NCBI GenBank assembly: GCA_013265495.1
Contig: MU058252.1
Location: forward strand, 2,204,244-2,268,243
Length of the DNA: 64,000 bases
Source of the DNA: Vicugna vicugna
Lineage: Eukaryota
Direction of reading: 5' to 3'
In this document: positions 1 to 11,433 of the stretch, one piece after another
How the letters are laid out: the number at the start of each line of letters is the position of its first letter
Numbering within the stretch: position 1 is the first letter of the stretch
Position numbers and translations under genes: made by a program
The notes under the pieces: model-generated
What the model was told of the DNA's origin: nothing
The model's database searches: none
What the model saw: the letters and a program-made list of their open reading frames with translations, nothing else

Positions 1-1810
1 CCTGCAGGTTGGAGCCCCTGCCTTAAAAAAGATCTTGTCTCAAATTCTAGAGCCACTGTTAGGACAGACGGAGGAGTCTAGAAGGTCCCCAGGCTCTTGG
101 CTACCCCCCAGTGAGGGGATGGGGGATGAGGGCCTCTTGCCGACACAGCTGCCTGAACGATGACACTGACCACAGAGAAGCGGCCCAGCCCTGCCTGGTG
201 GTCCCTGGGCCTGAGGGGTGGCGCCGCCCGCTTCTCCAGGGCGCCTCCTTTCTCCAGTGCGCTCTTTTGTGTCTTCTTCTTCCTTCAGTGTCCCCCTGGA
301 TGCTCGTTTTGGCTCGATCCATCCTGATGTAGGAGGAGCTGGGGGCGGGGGGCGTTCCTGGGGAAGAGGCCTGAGCTGCGCTTGGAGCAGCAACGCGCAC
401 CCTTTCCTTAAGACGCATGAGGCTGCACAAGCTGAGCCCATGCCACTTAGGAAAGCAGGCGTGCGTTCAAAAGGCTGTGCCAGGGCGGCAAGGGCCGTCC
501 CGGTTCTCGTGTCTGGAATGAGAGCTTGCGCGTTCCACCCGGGCTGCCCGCCTCTCTGAAGAGGGTGGTGGGGCGGCCTTTCCCCGATTCTCACCTCCCT
601 GGCTGGGGGCGTGTGTGGACCCTGAGCGTCTGGCGCCTGCGAGCACACCCTCCCCCGCCTTCTCTGATCTTCCTTCTGCTCGCGCGTTGGCCTCAGACGG
701 GCAGGGGAGCTTCCCAGATCCGGGGCCCAGGGACTGGCCGTCTCGTGCTGCAGCCTGTGTCTGGGTCGGCGTGAGGAGGCAGGCAGACTGACCACCCGGG
801 AGTCAGAGCAGGCGTTCAGACCCTTTTAGGAAAACTGAGGGTTCCTGGGGTAGAGAACCGAGCCTCTACGTCTCAAGAGGGCAAAGCAAGGAGAAGGACG
901 TGCGATCTTTCAGAAAACCGTAAAGTGGCGCTGCTTGCGGGTGCCTGGGTGCTGGGAAGAGTCTGACAGATGAGCTGAGAGGAGACAGCCCGAGTCCGCA
1001 TCGTCCACCGCAGGGCAGCACGCAGCTGTGGTCGTCCCACGCGCGCCGCGCACGCTCTGCTTTCTGAGGGTGCTGACGTTCAGCCCAGTGAGCCCAGCGC
1101 TGTCCCCGCGGAGGGCGACCCCCCACACCTCCCCCTCCTTCACTGCGACTTCACTCTTTTGTTTTCAATTCTTCAAGTCCTATCGCTCGGAGTAGGAAAG
1201 CAAAGAATGGCGGAGAAAAGTCTGTAAACCCCAAGACGACGGTTTTTAAGCACAGGGAGCTCTGCTGGGTCGTCTGACTTGTCACACTGCCGCGCGCACG
1301 GGGTGCCTCACTGAGCCCCATCCGTGTGATGCTGCTCGGTTAGAGATGCTCGGTTTGCCCAACCAGGTCCTTTAATTAAAACCTCGCAGGCTGTGGACCC
1401 CAAAGCACTTTTCAGCGCACATCAGTGCCAGCGCGGAACGATGCTTTAATCCATCGGTGTGCTCTTATAATAGAAAAGCTTCCCTGCCTTTTCCTAAGTA
1501 AAATGCTTTTTTTCCCTAGGCCAGGACTGTAATTCTCTCCCATCAGAATAAAAATACCCAGCAAGAGGTAGAATGATGTCATTTTTGATAATATTTTTAT
1601 TTTTCAATACCCAGAAAAGGGTACAGGAGGACCATCAGCCACTGAATTAGAAGTGGTGCTCTTACTCACACACTTTATATATAGTACAAACGCATCACTG
1701 TGGGTTAATACTGACTCAGCGCTAGGCGTGCCAGGTTCCACTCAGAGCGTACGGGACAGCGTTATGTCGTAGCAGTGCGCGCCTCTCCTCTGACGGCCAA
1801 GACTTGGTCT

Positions 1811-1935
1811 CTTATTTATTCAACAAATATTTGTTAAGTGCCTGCTCAGTGCCACAGCTGAGAGCCAGACAGATACAGGACTTGGAGAGCGTGCAAGTTT
1901 GCAGTCCAGCGAGGAAGACAGATATTCCACAGTCA
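1811..1935 (-). mobile_element. L2 3' end fragment
   Basis: TTATTCAACAAATATTTGTTAAGTGCCTGCTCAGTGCCA resembles the reverse complement of the L2 3' terminus; boundaries approximate. Confidence 0.7.
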
Positions 1936-1940
1936 TTACA

Positions 1941-2480
1941 CTTACAACAGCCAAGACATGGAAACACCCTAAATGTCCATTGACAGATGACTGGATAAAG
2001 AAGCTGTGGTACGTTTATGCAATGGAATACCATTCAACCATAAAAAAGAGTAAAATAATGCCATTTGCAGCAACATGGATGGACCTGGAGATCATCATTC
2101 TAAGTGAAGTAAGCCAGAAAGAAAGAAAAAGACCATATGATAGCACGCATATGTGGAATCTAAAAAAAAAGACAAATGAACTTACTTACAAAACAAAAAC
2201 AGACTCGCAGACATAGGAAACAAACTTGCGGTTACCGGCGGGGAGGGGTGGGGAGGGGTAAACTGGGAGTTTAAGATTTGCAGATGCACACTACTAATAA
2301 AAAATAGAGAAACAGGTTTATACTGTAGAGCACGGGGAACCATATTCAATATCATGTAGTGACCTTTAATAAAAAAGCATATGAAGATGAATATATGTGT
2401 GTATATGTATGACTGAAGCACTGTGCTGCACACCAGAAATTGACACGACATTGTAAACTGACTTGACTTCAATAAAAAAA
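1941..2480 (+). mobile_element. 5'-truncated L1 (ORF2 C-terminus, 3'UTR, A tail)
   Basis: Encodes TAKTWKHPKCPLTDDWIKKLWY...MPFAATWMDLEIIILSEVSQ (L1 ORF2 C-terminus); 3'UTR ends in CTTCAATAAAAAAA. Confidence 0.95.
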
Positions 2481-3364
2481 TGAACAAAGTCATCGAAGTC
2501 TTGATATAATAGTTGTGACGGGATCTCAAAGAGGAGTGTCGGTGCGGAAGAGACAGTGACGAGGGGCTGAGCTCAGGCTGTGGTTAGGAATCTAATCCAA
2601 GGACCGGTTTCTTTGAACGACTTCATTCTTTCCTTGGCATTTATGTGCCTGCGATAAGCCTTGTACTAGATTCAGGGAGAGAAAAAGATGAAAAAGGAGA
2701 AATTAACTCTTATTCTCAGGGAGCTCCACACCCCAGGAAGGAGGACAGACTTCTGTGTCGCCACTTGACCAGGCTGTTCCGAAAGGCGATTCCGGCGCTC
2801 CCCTCCGGGAAGCGGCACCGAGTGACGGCTGCACAGAGGGCGAGGGAAAGCGGTGGGTCTCGGAGGGCGAGCGGGCGGTGCGGTGGGGCAGCATGAAGCC
2901 TTCGCTCACAAAGATACAGGAAGATTCCTGATCCTCCTGAAACGAGGGGCGTCACGAAGCAGCGGAAGGTGGAGAAGGCTGATCAGGGCCAGCCCCTGCT
3001 GGCGGCGTGGAGAGGACGAGACATGGAATGTCTCCCCGCCAAGGAAACCATGCTTCCAGGGAGTAACGGCCCCCCGCTTCTTCCTGCTTCTGTTGACTCG
3101 GTTTCCGGGGAAGAGGTGTTACCAGCTCCCGCAGGGAGAAAGCAGAAAGCATGCAGAACAGGGAAAACCCATTCAGGGTCACCGCTGAAAAGCTGACACC
3201 AACCTGTCCCCCACACCGGAGTCAGACTATTGGCAGAGGACCGAGGACGTGAAATCCCTCATCAGACCCCTTTCTTGTGGCTTCGGTAGGACTGAAACAA
3301 ACTTCATGGACAGGAACTCAAGCATCCAGGACTAGCAGCCGATGAATTGAGTCGTTTTGCACTA

Positions 3365-3450
3365 AAATCGCCTTTATGAGATTATACAAGAAGACCCAGT
3401 TTACAGCTGGGGACACTAGGGTCCCAGAGAGGCGAAGTGGCTTATTCCAC
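3365..3450 (-). mobile_element. MIR fragment
   Basis: CCCAGTTTACAGCTGGGGACACTAGGGTCCCAGAGAGGCGAAGTGGCTT resembles the MIR core. Confidence 0.6.
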
Positions 3451-6400
3451 ATTTAATTTGTCAGAAGAGGGATGATGGCCCCGGTCCACTCACTCCCACT
3501 GCAGCATCTGCTGTACTGCACCCCCTTCCTCCGACACCCCCCAAAACGGCTCTGCTGATTAGTGTTGAGACATCTGTGAGTGCCCTGGGTGACCCCAACC
3601 CTCATGAGAGGAGACAGCCCGTGTGGCACGAGTGGGTCGCCACCCCATTGCCGCTGGGGACCGGCTGCATCTCTGTCCCAGCACCCCCAGTCCATGGACT
3701 ATCTCAGGAAAAGCCAGGTCTCTTCTACACATGCTGCTTCAGGACAAGTCATCTCGCCTCTTCTTTCAGCCAGATCACTGCCCCTAAATCTGCCCCCACA
3801 GAGAAACCCTGGAACTTCCGTAGTCATTGCCGGGCAGGAGTTCTGCACGTGGGAGGGACGTCCGGAGGGCCCTGAGCAGTATCGTCTGTTTCCACAAGTG
3901 ACCAAGATGCCTCGAGAGCCTTCCCGTGGCGGCCCAGGAGATTAACCGCGGGCGGAGTAGCTGTCCTGCGCGGATTCCATCCAGGGAGGCCTTGCACAGG
4001 CTCAGAAGTGCGCCCCGTGCAACAGGTGTCTCATGAAGGAGAAATGAGCTAGTGCGTGTTAGGCGTGAAACAGTGGCGACCCGGAATAAGCCCGTGAGGC
4101 GTGAGAGCACGTGACCATCGTGGACCAGCTGCTCTCGGTGCCAGGTGGGGTCAGCTGCCGAAGTACCCGTGACCTGTGGGTGCAGGTGAACACATCCAGA
4201 CGGCAGAGCTGTTTTCTTTAAAGCAGGTGCACCCGCCCATCGGCTCCTGGACCTTCCACATCTGGGTGGGGGGAAGGGATGGCAGGCCAGAGATTTCCAG
4301 GCTCCTCTGAGGCGGGGGGTTGAGTATCTCTCTCCATCACCGAGGTCACAGACGTGGAATGAGCCCTGGGCTAGACACAGCTGGACAGAGCCCCAACCAG
4401 CTCTGTCACTTGGGTGACTTTTTGCATAAAATAAAAGAAGAAAGGAGGCAATTGTGGATCTGCCACCTTCATCTGCAGCGGTCTGAGTGTATCTCCCAGC
4501 GTCTGTTGTCCACGCTGGCAGTGCTGCGTCTTTTCCAGAAACGTGGATTCAAAGGATAAGGTTTACACATATCACTGGCCGTGGTGCTAAAGAAGCATCG
4601 AAGGCAAGACGAGAAACACAGTCCTGTTCAGAAAGGATGCACTTTTGTCCCTGAAGCTTCTGAATGAAACATCAGACGAGTTTCCAGAATGCGCTAAATA
4701 AGAATCTGTCTCTGTCTCTTTTTCTGTTTCTCTCCTCACCTCCAACTCTTTTGGAGGAAAGTTCAATTTCCGCAAGAACTTGGAGCTGAGTATGTCACAC
4801 TCGGCCGAGGAAGAAGGGGAGTGTGGGAAGCCCAGAACCTCTCAAGAAGGTCCTGGTGGGAAGACATCAGGCAGAGGGGACACTGTGTTAGTGGTTTCAG
4901 TGTCAAATGATGCCTGAGGGGCTGGCCATCCCCCAGCCTCCATCCAATTTGGTGCCACCAAGGTGCACGTTTCTGTTGAGAAGAGGACTGGACGGCTGCC
5001 CTCTGATCCATCCCCGGACACCCCTTTATTACTTGTCTTCGAGGAGCTGGGTCTGGCCCCATCTTCTGACCTCCTTAAACCTCAGTCCCTCCAGGTTGTA
5101 TTTTGCATTTTCTGGCTCTAGAACTTTCACAAATTCTCTCTGGACCCCAGGGCTGCTGATGCTTCACTGAGAGCTGCGTGATTTAGGAGTGAGCATAAAG
5201 GGACACAGCTGCCCAGGGCGAGAGGGGGATGCTGGGGCCCCCGGAGTCGGTGTGCCAATGACACCTGTGTGACAGGAGGTGGGCCTGCTCTAAAGCCCTC
5301 AGGCGGGCAGCCTGCTGGACTCGGGGACCCCTCCTCATGGGGCACCTGCAGGAGGGGTCCCTGGGCGTCCCTGTACCTCGGGGGCCCAGCTCTGGTCACC
5401 AACCCCTGCACGTCCTCCCTCCCAGCACACAGAGCTGCACCTTCTGCCTGCTCGTTTAGGCTCCATGTCTGGTCATCACAGAGAACAGGGTGGACGAGCT
5501 CCGTGTGGCTGTCGAAAGGCCACCTCACTCAGAGCTGAGCTTTCTAAGCAGCCGGCAAGGACTCTGCTCAGAGGCAGGGCTGCTCTGATGCTGACTGTGA
5601 ACCAGCCTGCGTGAGACTGTGGCCCTGCTTCACCCCTGCTTTCTCATATTTGCCGCCCTGGACCCTTACCGATGATTCTGATTTCTTAAGAGCCTTGTCC
5701 GTTGTTCGGTATCCCCAATAAAGTTTTATTCAAAAGGGCCCAAAGGTAATTGCTTTGTTAATTAGGGCACTCCTAAATACTGAAATCTAAAGATCCAAGG
5801 GAATGAATCTCTAATGGCCAACACCTGTCAACTCAGGACATAAGTTGAGGCAAAGAGACCATCCTTTGTCTCTCAAATTCTGTACATACACGTCTGCTGA
5901 TTTTGTGAGTATGATCTGTTCAAAAGAATGACAAACCATGGGCATTTCAGACATTGGGTTTAGACCCATGTCAGGGACCTTGAGGGGCTATCAACCCAGC
6001 CCCCTCCATCCCGCCCAGCCCCCTCCTTTCTGCAGCCCTGGATGGAGCTGGGGGGCCGGACTGGAGCATCCTCGAGGTTCCTGGGGGCGCACGAGCTCTG
6101 GTTCCAGATCTTCATTTGCTTTCTAATGACTTGCTCTGTTTTCATTCCCTTCCTGGTGTCGATCTCAACGGCAAACACCCCCAGGAAGCCGCGCACTCGC
6201 TCCATTCAGCTCCCGCCGTGGTGTGAATGAACAAGGAGCCCAGGGGAGTTTTTCATAGATTGTCGCCAGCAAAAAAATGTCTGCCAGCTTCCGTGTTTAT
6301 AGAACGCAAGTCTGCTTCCCCCAAAGCCAGCAGTGTTTATTAAACATGTAATAGAGAATTTATACTTAATACTGAGCACCTCTCTACCTCTCATCTGACT

Positions 6401-7674
6401 GAGGCTCTGCTGCATTTGCTGAGAACGAGAATTTGGGAGAATAATGGGCCCCAGCACCAGCCTGAAACAGCGGCCGGTCCAGCGGGGGCTGCAGCTCTCG
6501 CTCCTCCCCCTCCCTCCTCCCCTCCCCTCCCCCTTCTCCCTCCTTTCCTTCTTTCAAGGCAAATGAGCATCTGCTGTGTATGTAGAAGATGGTCCAAGGG
6601 AAATAAGGAGGGTGCTGCTCCTGGCATGTGAAATAATCCCTCGAATTATCAACTGAAATGATATCACATTAGAAGCCCTGGCTACTGCATTGATTCCCCA
6701 GCACCCAGGCTCTGATCTGTCTGGCCGTTCACCTGGCAGTGAGCCCTGCTCCTGCCCGCCGGTGAATGTGCGTGCGTGTGCGGGCGTGCGTGCTCGCGTG
6801 CCTGTGCTCTCTCACCACTGGAGTGAGACCTTTTCCAGCCACTGGTTTGAGCCTAGACACGCGTCTGGATCTGTCGGCAGAGGGATGTTGAAGTTGACAC
6901 GGCCCCTGCCAAGCTCCTGCGATGTGGAGGCTGAGTGACAAGCAGAGAGGTGGAGGGGGGCTGTTCCGGGCAGAGAGGGAAGAGCATGTGTGGTTGGGGG
7001 AGGGGGTGGCTGTCCTCAGAAGGCCTGTGGGCATCTCGGAGGAGCAGAGGGGAGGCTGGTGCAGACGTGGGCAGAAGTCAGCAGCAGCGCAGAGCTGTGG
7101 GTCTTGAAAACCGTAACCACTTGCTCAGGAATGACTTTCAGTCTCTCGTTTCTGGAAGATGACATCCCGTGAGGCTGCAGACCCAGGTCCTGAACAAACC
7201 AAGGTGTTTCCCGCCTCAGGTCCCTTGTGCTGGCTCTGCCTGCCGCCCGGAGCAAGACCCTCACCCTGCTCTGCCCGGGACCGGTCCTGACTTCCAGGTG
7301 TCAGCCTCAGGGCTTCTCCCACAGTCACCAAGGGGCATCCCACTACGTTCACAGGATGGCTCGTCCCCGCCCGTGACAGCGGAGCATCGCTCTCTGCCGG
7401 GCTCCTTTCAGAATCCCGCGAAGCTGCCGTCACTGCCTTCCTCCATCCGCTTGTACGTCGCGGGCCCGTCTCTTTCCCTATTCTGCCCCCTCTGCGCGAG
7501 GACAGGCGTCTTCCTAGTCGTCCCCTCCCTCCGTACCCGGCCTGGCACAGAACGTCCATCAATAGACGTAGGTATCTTTTGTAGTTCTTATTTTTTATTG
7601 AAGTGTAGTCGATTTACAATGTTAGTTTCAGGTGTACAGCAAAGCAATTCAGTTGGACATATACATACGTACAT

Positions 7675-7800
7675 GTTTTATTGAGTCTGTTTACAATGTG
7701 CCAATTTCTGGTGTACAGCACAGTTTTTCATTCATACGTGAATGCACATGTATTCGTTTTCATATTCTTTTTCACTGTGAGCTACTACAAGATCTTGAAT
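7675..7800 (-). mobile_element. Short L1 3'-end insertion nested in the older L1
   Basis: Second copy of the L1 terminal motif (TTTACAATGTG...GGTGTACAGCA) flanked by direct repeat GTACAT at 7669-7674 and 7801-7806. Confidence 0.8.
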
Positions 7801-8169
7801 GTACATATATATTTTTCAGTCTCTGTTCCATTATGGCTCATTACAAGAAACTAAATACAGTTCCCTGTGCTGTACAGTAGGTCCTTGTTGTTTATCTATT
7901 TTATGTATACTAATGTGTATCTGTTAATCCCAAACTCCTCATCTATCCCTCCCCCCCTTCTCTCTTGGTAACCATAAGTTTGTTTTCTATATTCGTGAAT
8001 CTATTTCTGGTTTGTAAATAAGATACGTATCCTTTTTTCATAGATTCCACATATAAGCGACATCATATGGTGTTTGTCTTTCTCTGACTTACTTCACTTA
8101 GTATGATCATCTCTAGGCCCATCCCTATTGCTGCAGATACACTATTTCATTCTTTTTCGTGGCTGAGTA

Positions 8170-8172
<3 letters not shown>

Positions 8173-8208
<36 letters not shown>
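8173..8208. repeat. (CA)18 microsatellite
   Basis: Perfect CA run read directly. Confidence 0.97.
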
Positions 8209-8209
<1 letters not shown>

Positions 8210-8396
8210 CCTCTTCATCCAGTCATCTGTCGATGAACAGTTAGGTTGTAGGCATGCTGAATGAACGATGTGAGCCAGAGCTGGGAGTCTGACTGGAAGG
8301 CACTCGAGTGTCACAGGTGCATGGCAGTGGCTCAGGCTACAGCAGAGGTGGTGGAAGTGGGGTGAGAATGGACCTGTTCTGAGGGAAAAGAGGTGG

Positions 8397-8711
8397 TGCT
8401 GGCGATGCAGTGTTTGTGTCCCCAACATTCACCTGTTGAGGTCCACACCCCTTGTGTGACAGTGTTGGGAGAGGGGGCCTTTGGGAGATGCCCAGGTCAT
8501 GAGGGTGGAGCCTCAGGGATGTAAAGAGACCCAGGAGAGCCCCCTCGCCCCTTCTGCCAAGTGAGGGCTGCAGGAAGGTGGGCCCACCCTCACCTGACCC
8601 GGACCACGTGGCACCTGATCACGGACGTCCAGCCTCTGCAACTGTAAGAAATAAAGGTCTGCAGTTTAAGCCGCCCAGGACTTTGTTACAGCAGCTCAAA
8701 CGGACTCAAAT
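8397..8711 (+). mobile_element. MaLR solo LTR (MLT1A/B-like)
   Basis: TGTTTGTGTCCCC...CATGAGGGTGGAGCC...CCAGCCTCTGCAACTGTAAGAAATAAA...TTTAAGCCGCCCAG...TTGTTACAGCAGC are MLT1 hallmarks. Confidence 0.85.
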
Positions 8712-9765
8712 GCCTTGTGAAATAGGGACTTAGAAACATAGAGTGATGGAGGAAGGGATCTTGAGATCTCCTTGTCTGATACAAGAGGTGCTGGGCTCGG
8801 GGCGCAGAAACCCGTGGGGGTGCCAGCCGGACTCCCTTTCTGCTTTTTTCTTGTTCGTTGTAACCCTCCTCTGAGGATGCGTTTGAGGGTATCAGTCCTG
8901 CTGCTGAAATCGCCAAACCAAAGTGGCTTCTGAGAGCGGCTTTAGCGTCCCTAAGCGGGAAGGAAACAGCCCGAGTACCCGGCGGGGAGGCTGGAGAGTC
9001 TGCCGCTGGGAAGGTAGTCTGTCCTGTGCTCCTCCCACCTGCGCATCCTGTGGGCCAAGCATTGCATTTTTCTTGAATCCTTGTTTTTATTGAAGTGTAA
9101 AAGTATTGATTTTTAATCAGCTCACCAAATTCCCCAGTGGAGCACAGGTGGGTGTACACGGTCGACTTCTGAGGCTCATGAGAGAGATTTCCACGTTCAA
9201 GACCAGGTTTTTGCCTCCAGAGAGCCAGTGGCCTCATGCGAGGGGACACGGATGTGGGTGAGTAGCTCGGAGCCGCGGCCGGCGTGTGAGCAGAGTGCAG
9301 TGACTTATCGTAGGAGTGAGCACGCGTGGGAGGTGATTGATAAGGGAGCACCCGTGCGGGGAAGCTTCTGGAAGGAGCCAGTAACTCAGGGTGGTTAAGA
9401 CTTGGCAACCCCAAGGAGTGAGGGGGAATTTTAGGCAGAGAAGTGAGCAATTTGGGTGGTCTGGAGGGGACCTCGGAGGAAAATGCCAGGTTCCAAACAC
9501 AGGACCAGTGAAAAGCAAAGCCAGCCAGGCCGGTTCCGCCCTGAGCGTGTTTCGGGCCGTCCCTGCTGGAGGCGGGGTCTCTCCGCGCTGGGGTAGCTCA
9601 CATGACACGCGGTGATTCTCTTTCCCAGAAGCTGCTTTAAAATCTAATCTCTCTCTAGCTTCCTTTTAGCCGAAGGAAGCCTCGGGAGTCCCTGACTGAG
9701 TCGACTCGACTCGACGTAGAAACGTGTCGTTGGTAGGTTGTGCCTTCCAGACCCAGATCCCTCAC

Positions 9766-10123
9766 TGTGCTCATCTCTCACGAGGGCCCCCTCACAGCGC
9801 ACCCCAGGCCGGGCGGCGTGAACAACGTAACGCCTCACAGGTCCAGAGGCCAGAAGTCTGGATGGAAGGCAGCGGCGGGGATCCCCAGGGCGGGAGGGAG
9901 GGACCCGGGCCAGCCTGTGTCCTGGGCCCGTGAGGGCTGCCTTCATGCTCACACGGCGTCCTCCGTCCACGCACGTCTCTGGGTCCAGATCTGCCTTCTG
10001 GATCAGGACACCGGTTCCAGTGCAGACCGCAACACCTCTCTCAAGACCCTGCCTCCGCATTCTGAGGTTCTGGTGTTCAGAGCGCACCGTGTGAACTGGG
10101 GAGACACAGTTTGGCCCATAAAA
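9766..10123 (-). mobile_element. MaLR solo LTR (MLT1B/C-like)
   Basis: CTCACAGGTCCAGAGGCCAGAAGTC...AGGACACCGGT...CATTCTGAGGTTCTGG...GGGAGACACAGTTTGGCCCATAA matches a reversed MLT1. Confidence 0.8.
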
Positions 10124-10551
10124 CTCACCGCGATTTTTTTTCAAATAAGCTGCTATTTAACACGAGAACAGACCAGCCCCCACCCAGCGACTCTGCTGTT
10201 TCCTGTCCCCAGCAGGAGCGCTTCTGTAGTCTGCAGGTGACAAAGGAGGAGGATTAAGGGCAGGATGTGGTTTCTTCTTGTTTTATTTGGAAACTGAGGT
10301 AGTATGTTGGTGCCTGTTTGAGAGAGGGCAGGAAAGAGTGCGTGTGTGTGTGTGTGGAAGGGGACTAGAGTTTGGCAGTAAGCATGACAGGGCGTGATGA
10401 TGCATGAATATTTTTGCCATGAATTTTGGACATATTACAAGAAAACCAGCAGACCTAGAGCAGTTGTTGCTTGTAAATCAGAAATCCCTTTGGGGGCTGA
10501 GCTTGGCCTGATCAATAACTCGCTTCATGGCTTTAAAAAGCCACTTTGAAA

Positions 10552-10723
10552 CTCAGAGAACTAACTATATCCAATAGCTTGTAATAAACTATAATGAAAA
10601 AGAATATATATGTATATATAACTGAATCGGAATGCTGTACACTAGAAACCAACACAGCATTGTAAATCAGCTTTCCTTCAGTTATATAAATAAATAAATA
10701 TGTGCCGCTTTTAATATATTCCA
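10552..10723 (+). mobile_element. Short L1 3'-end insertion with perfect 17-bp TSD
   Basis: L1 3'UTR terminus flanked by AAAAAGCCACTTTGAAA at 10535-10551 and 10724-10740; left site is TTT/AAAAA, the L1 endonuclease consensus. Confidence 0.92.
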
Positions 10724-11433
10724 AAAAAGCCACTTTGAAATATGAAGATTAAAATTGTGGTGGATAAATGTGGCCTAGAGAGATTTTTCTATTCTGCCTT
10801 CCTTACTGGGCTTTTTAAGGGTAAAATAAGGTAAAATATGCAAACTTATTAAAGAATACATAAAGTGTAATGCGAGTTAAAAGACTGTCCCCTGTGGTGT
10901 GGGGCCACCCCCACCCCCGCCACAAGCCCTCCCCGAGAGCGGTGACTGGCCTCACCTGTGAGCGCGCGGCTTCTCACTCAAGCAGGAGTCCAGACTGTCC
11001 CATGTGAGACGTTAAACAGGGTTCAATAAAGACAGCTGAAGAAGTTAAATTTGATTCCCATCTAGGACGTGTCCTTATGTCGGGAGAGGCTATGAAAGAG
11101 GAAGCACGTGTGGTCCCTGCTCTCAGAAAGCTCACTGTTAATTCTGCCCTGGTTTTAAAGACACATTGAAAATGCATAACATGGACTAACGTGTGACTGG
11201 GTGTGTTCCAGAAGCAGCAGCCGAGGCTCCGTGGCGCCCTGACGCGGTCCTGGGAGGCTGGTGCTTGGCTTCAGGGGTGCTGTTCTAATGCTCGGTCCCC
11301 AGGCGCCTGGCGCCGTCTGAGCCCCGCGTGCTTGCACGAGGAGCGCCCGGCAGGGACGGGCTCAGACGCCCTGCCTTCCTTGTGCACGTTGATGGGAAAT
11401 GTAGCTGTGAAGTGTCCCTGCAGAGGTTTAATA

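Larger units (their letters stand above)
7589..8249 (-). mobile_element. L1 3' fragment interrupted by a second L1 fragment and a CA repeat
   Basis: T-rich start TTTTTTATTGAAGTGTAGTCGATTTACAATG, then reverse L1 3'UTR and ORF2 end through ATCCAGTCATCTGTCGATGAACAGTTAGGTTGT. Confidence 0.92.

Noticed and set aside
40..795. Long ORFs in GC-rich DNA (also 8686-9450, 17914-18845, 41221-41841, 60361-60957)
   Set aside because: Pro/Arg/Gly/Ala-rich, overlapping in several frames and both strands, often with non-ATG starts and no recognisable domain. This is what GC-rich non-coding DNA produces.
1712..1720. Isolated AP-1/ARE motif TGACTCAGC and other TGAGTCA sites
   Set aside because: Single short motifs at a frequency compatible with chance in 64 kb.
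1899..2216. ORFs with real protein similarity (also 54471-54674, 58892-59083, 29291-29497)
   Set aside because: Truncated L1 ORF2 remnants, not host genes.
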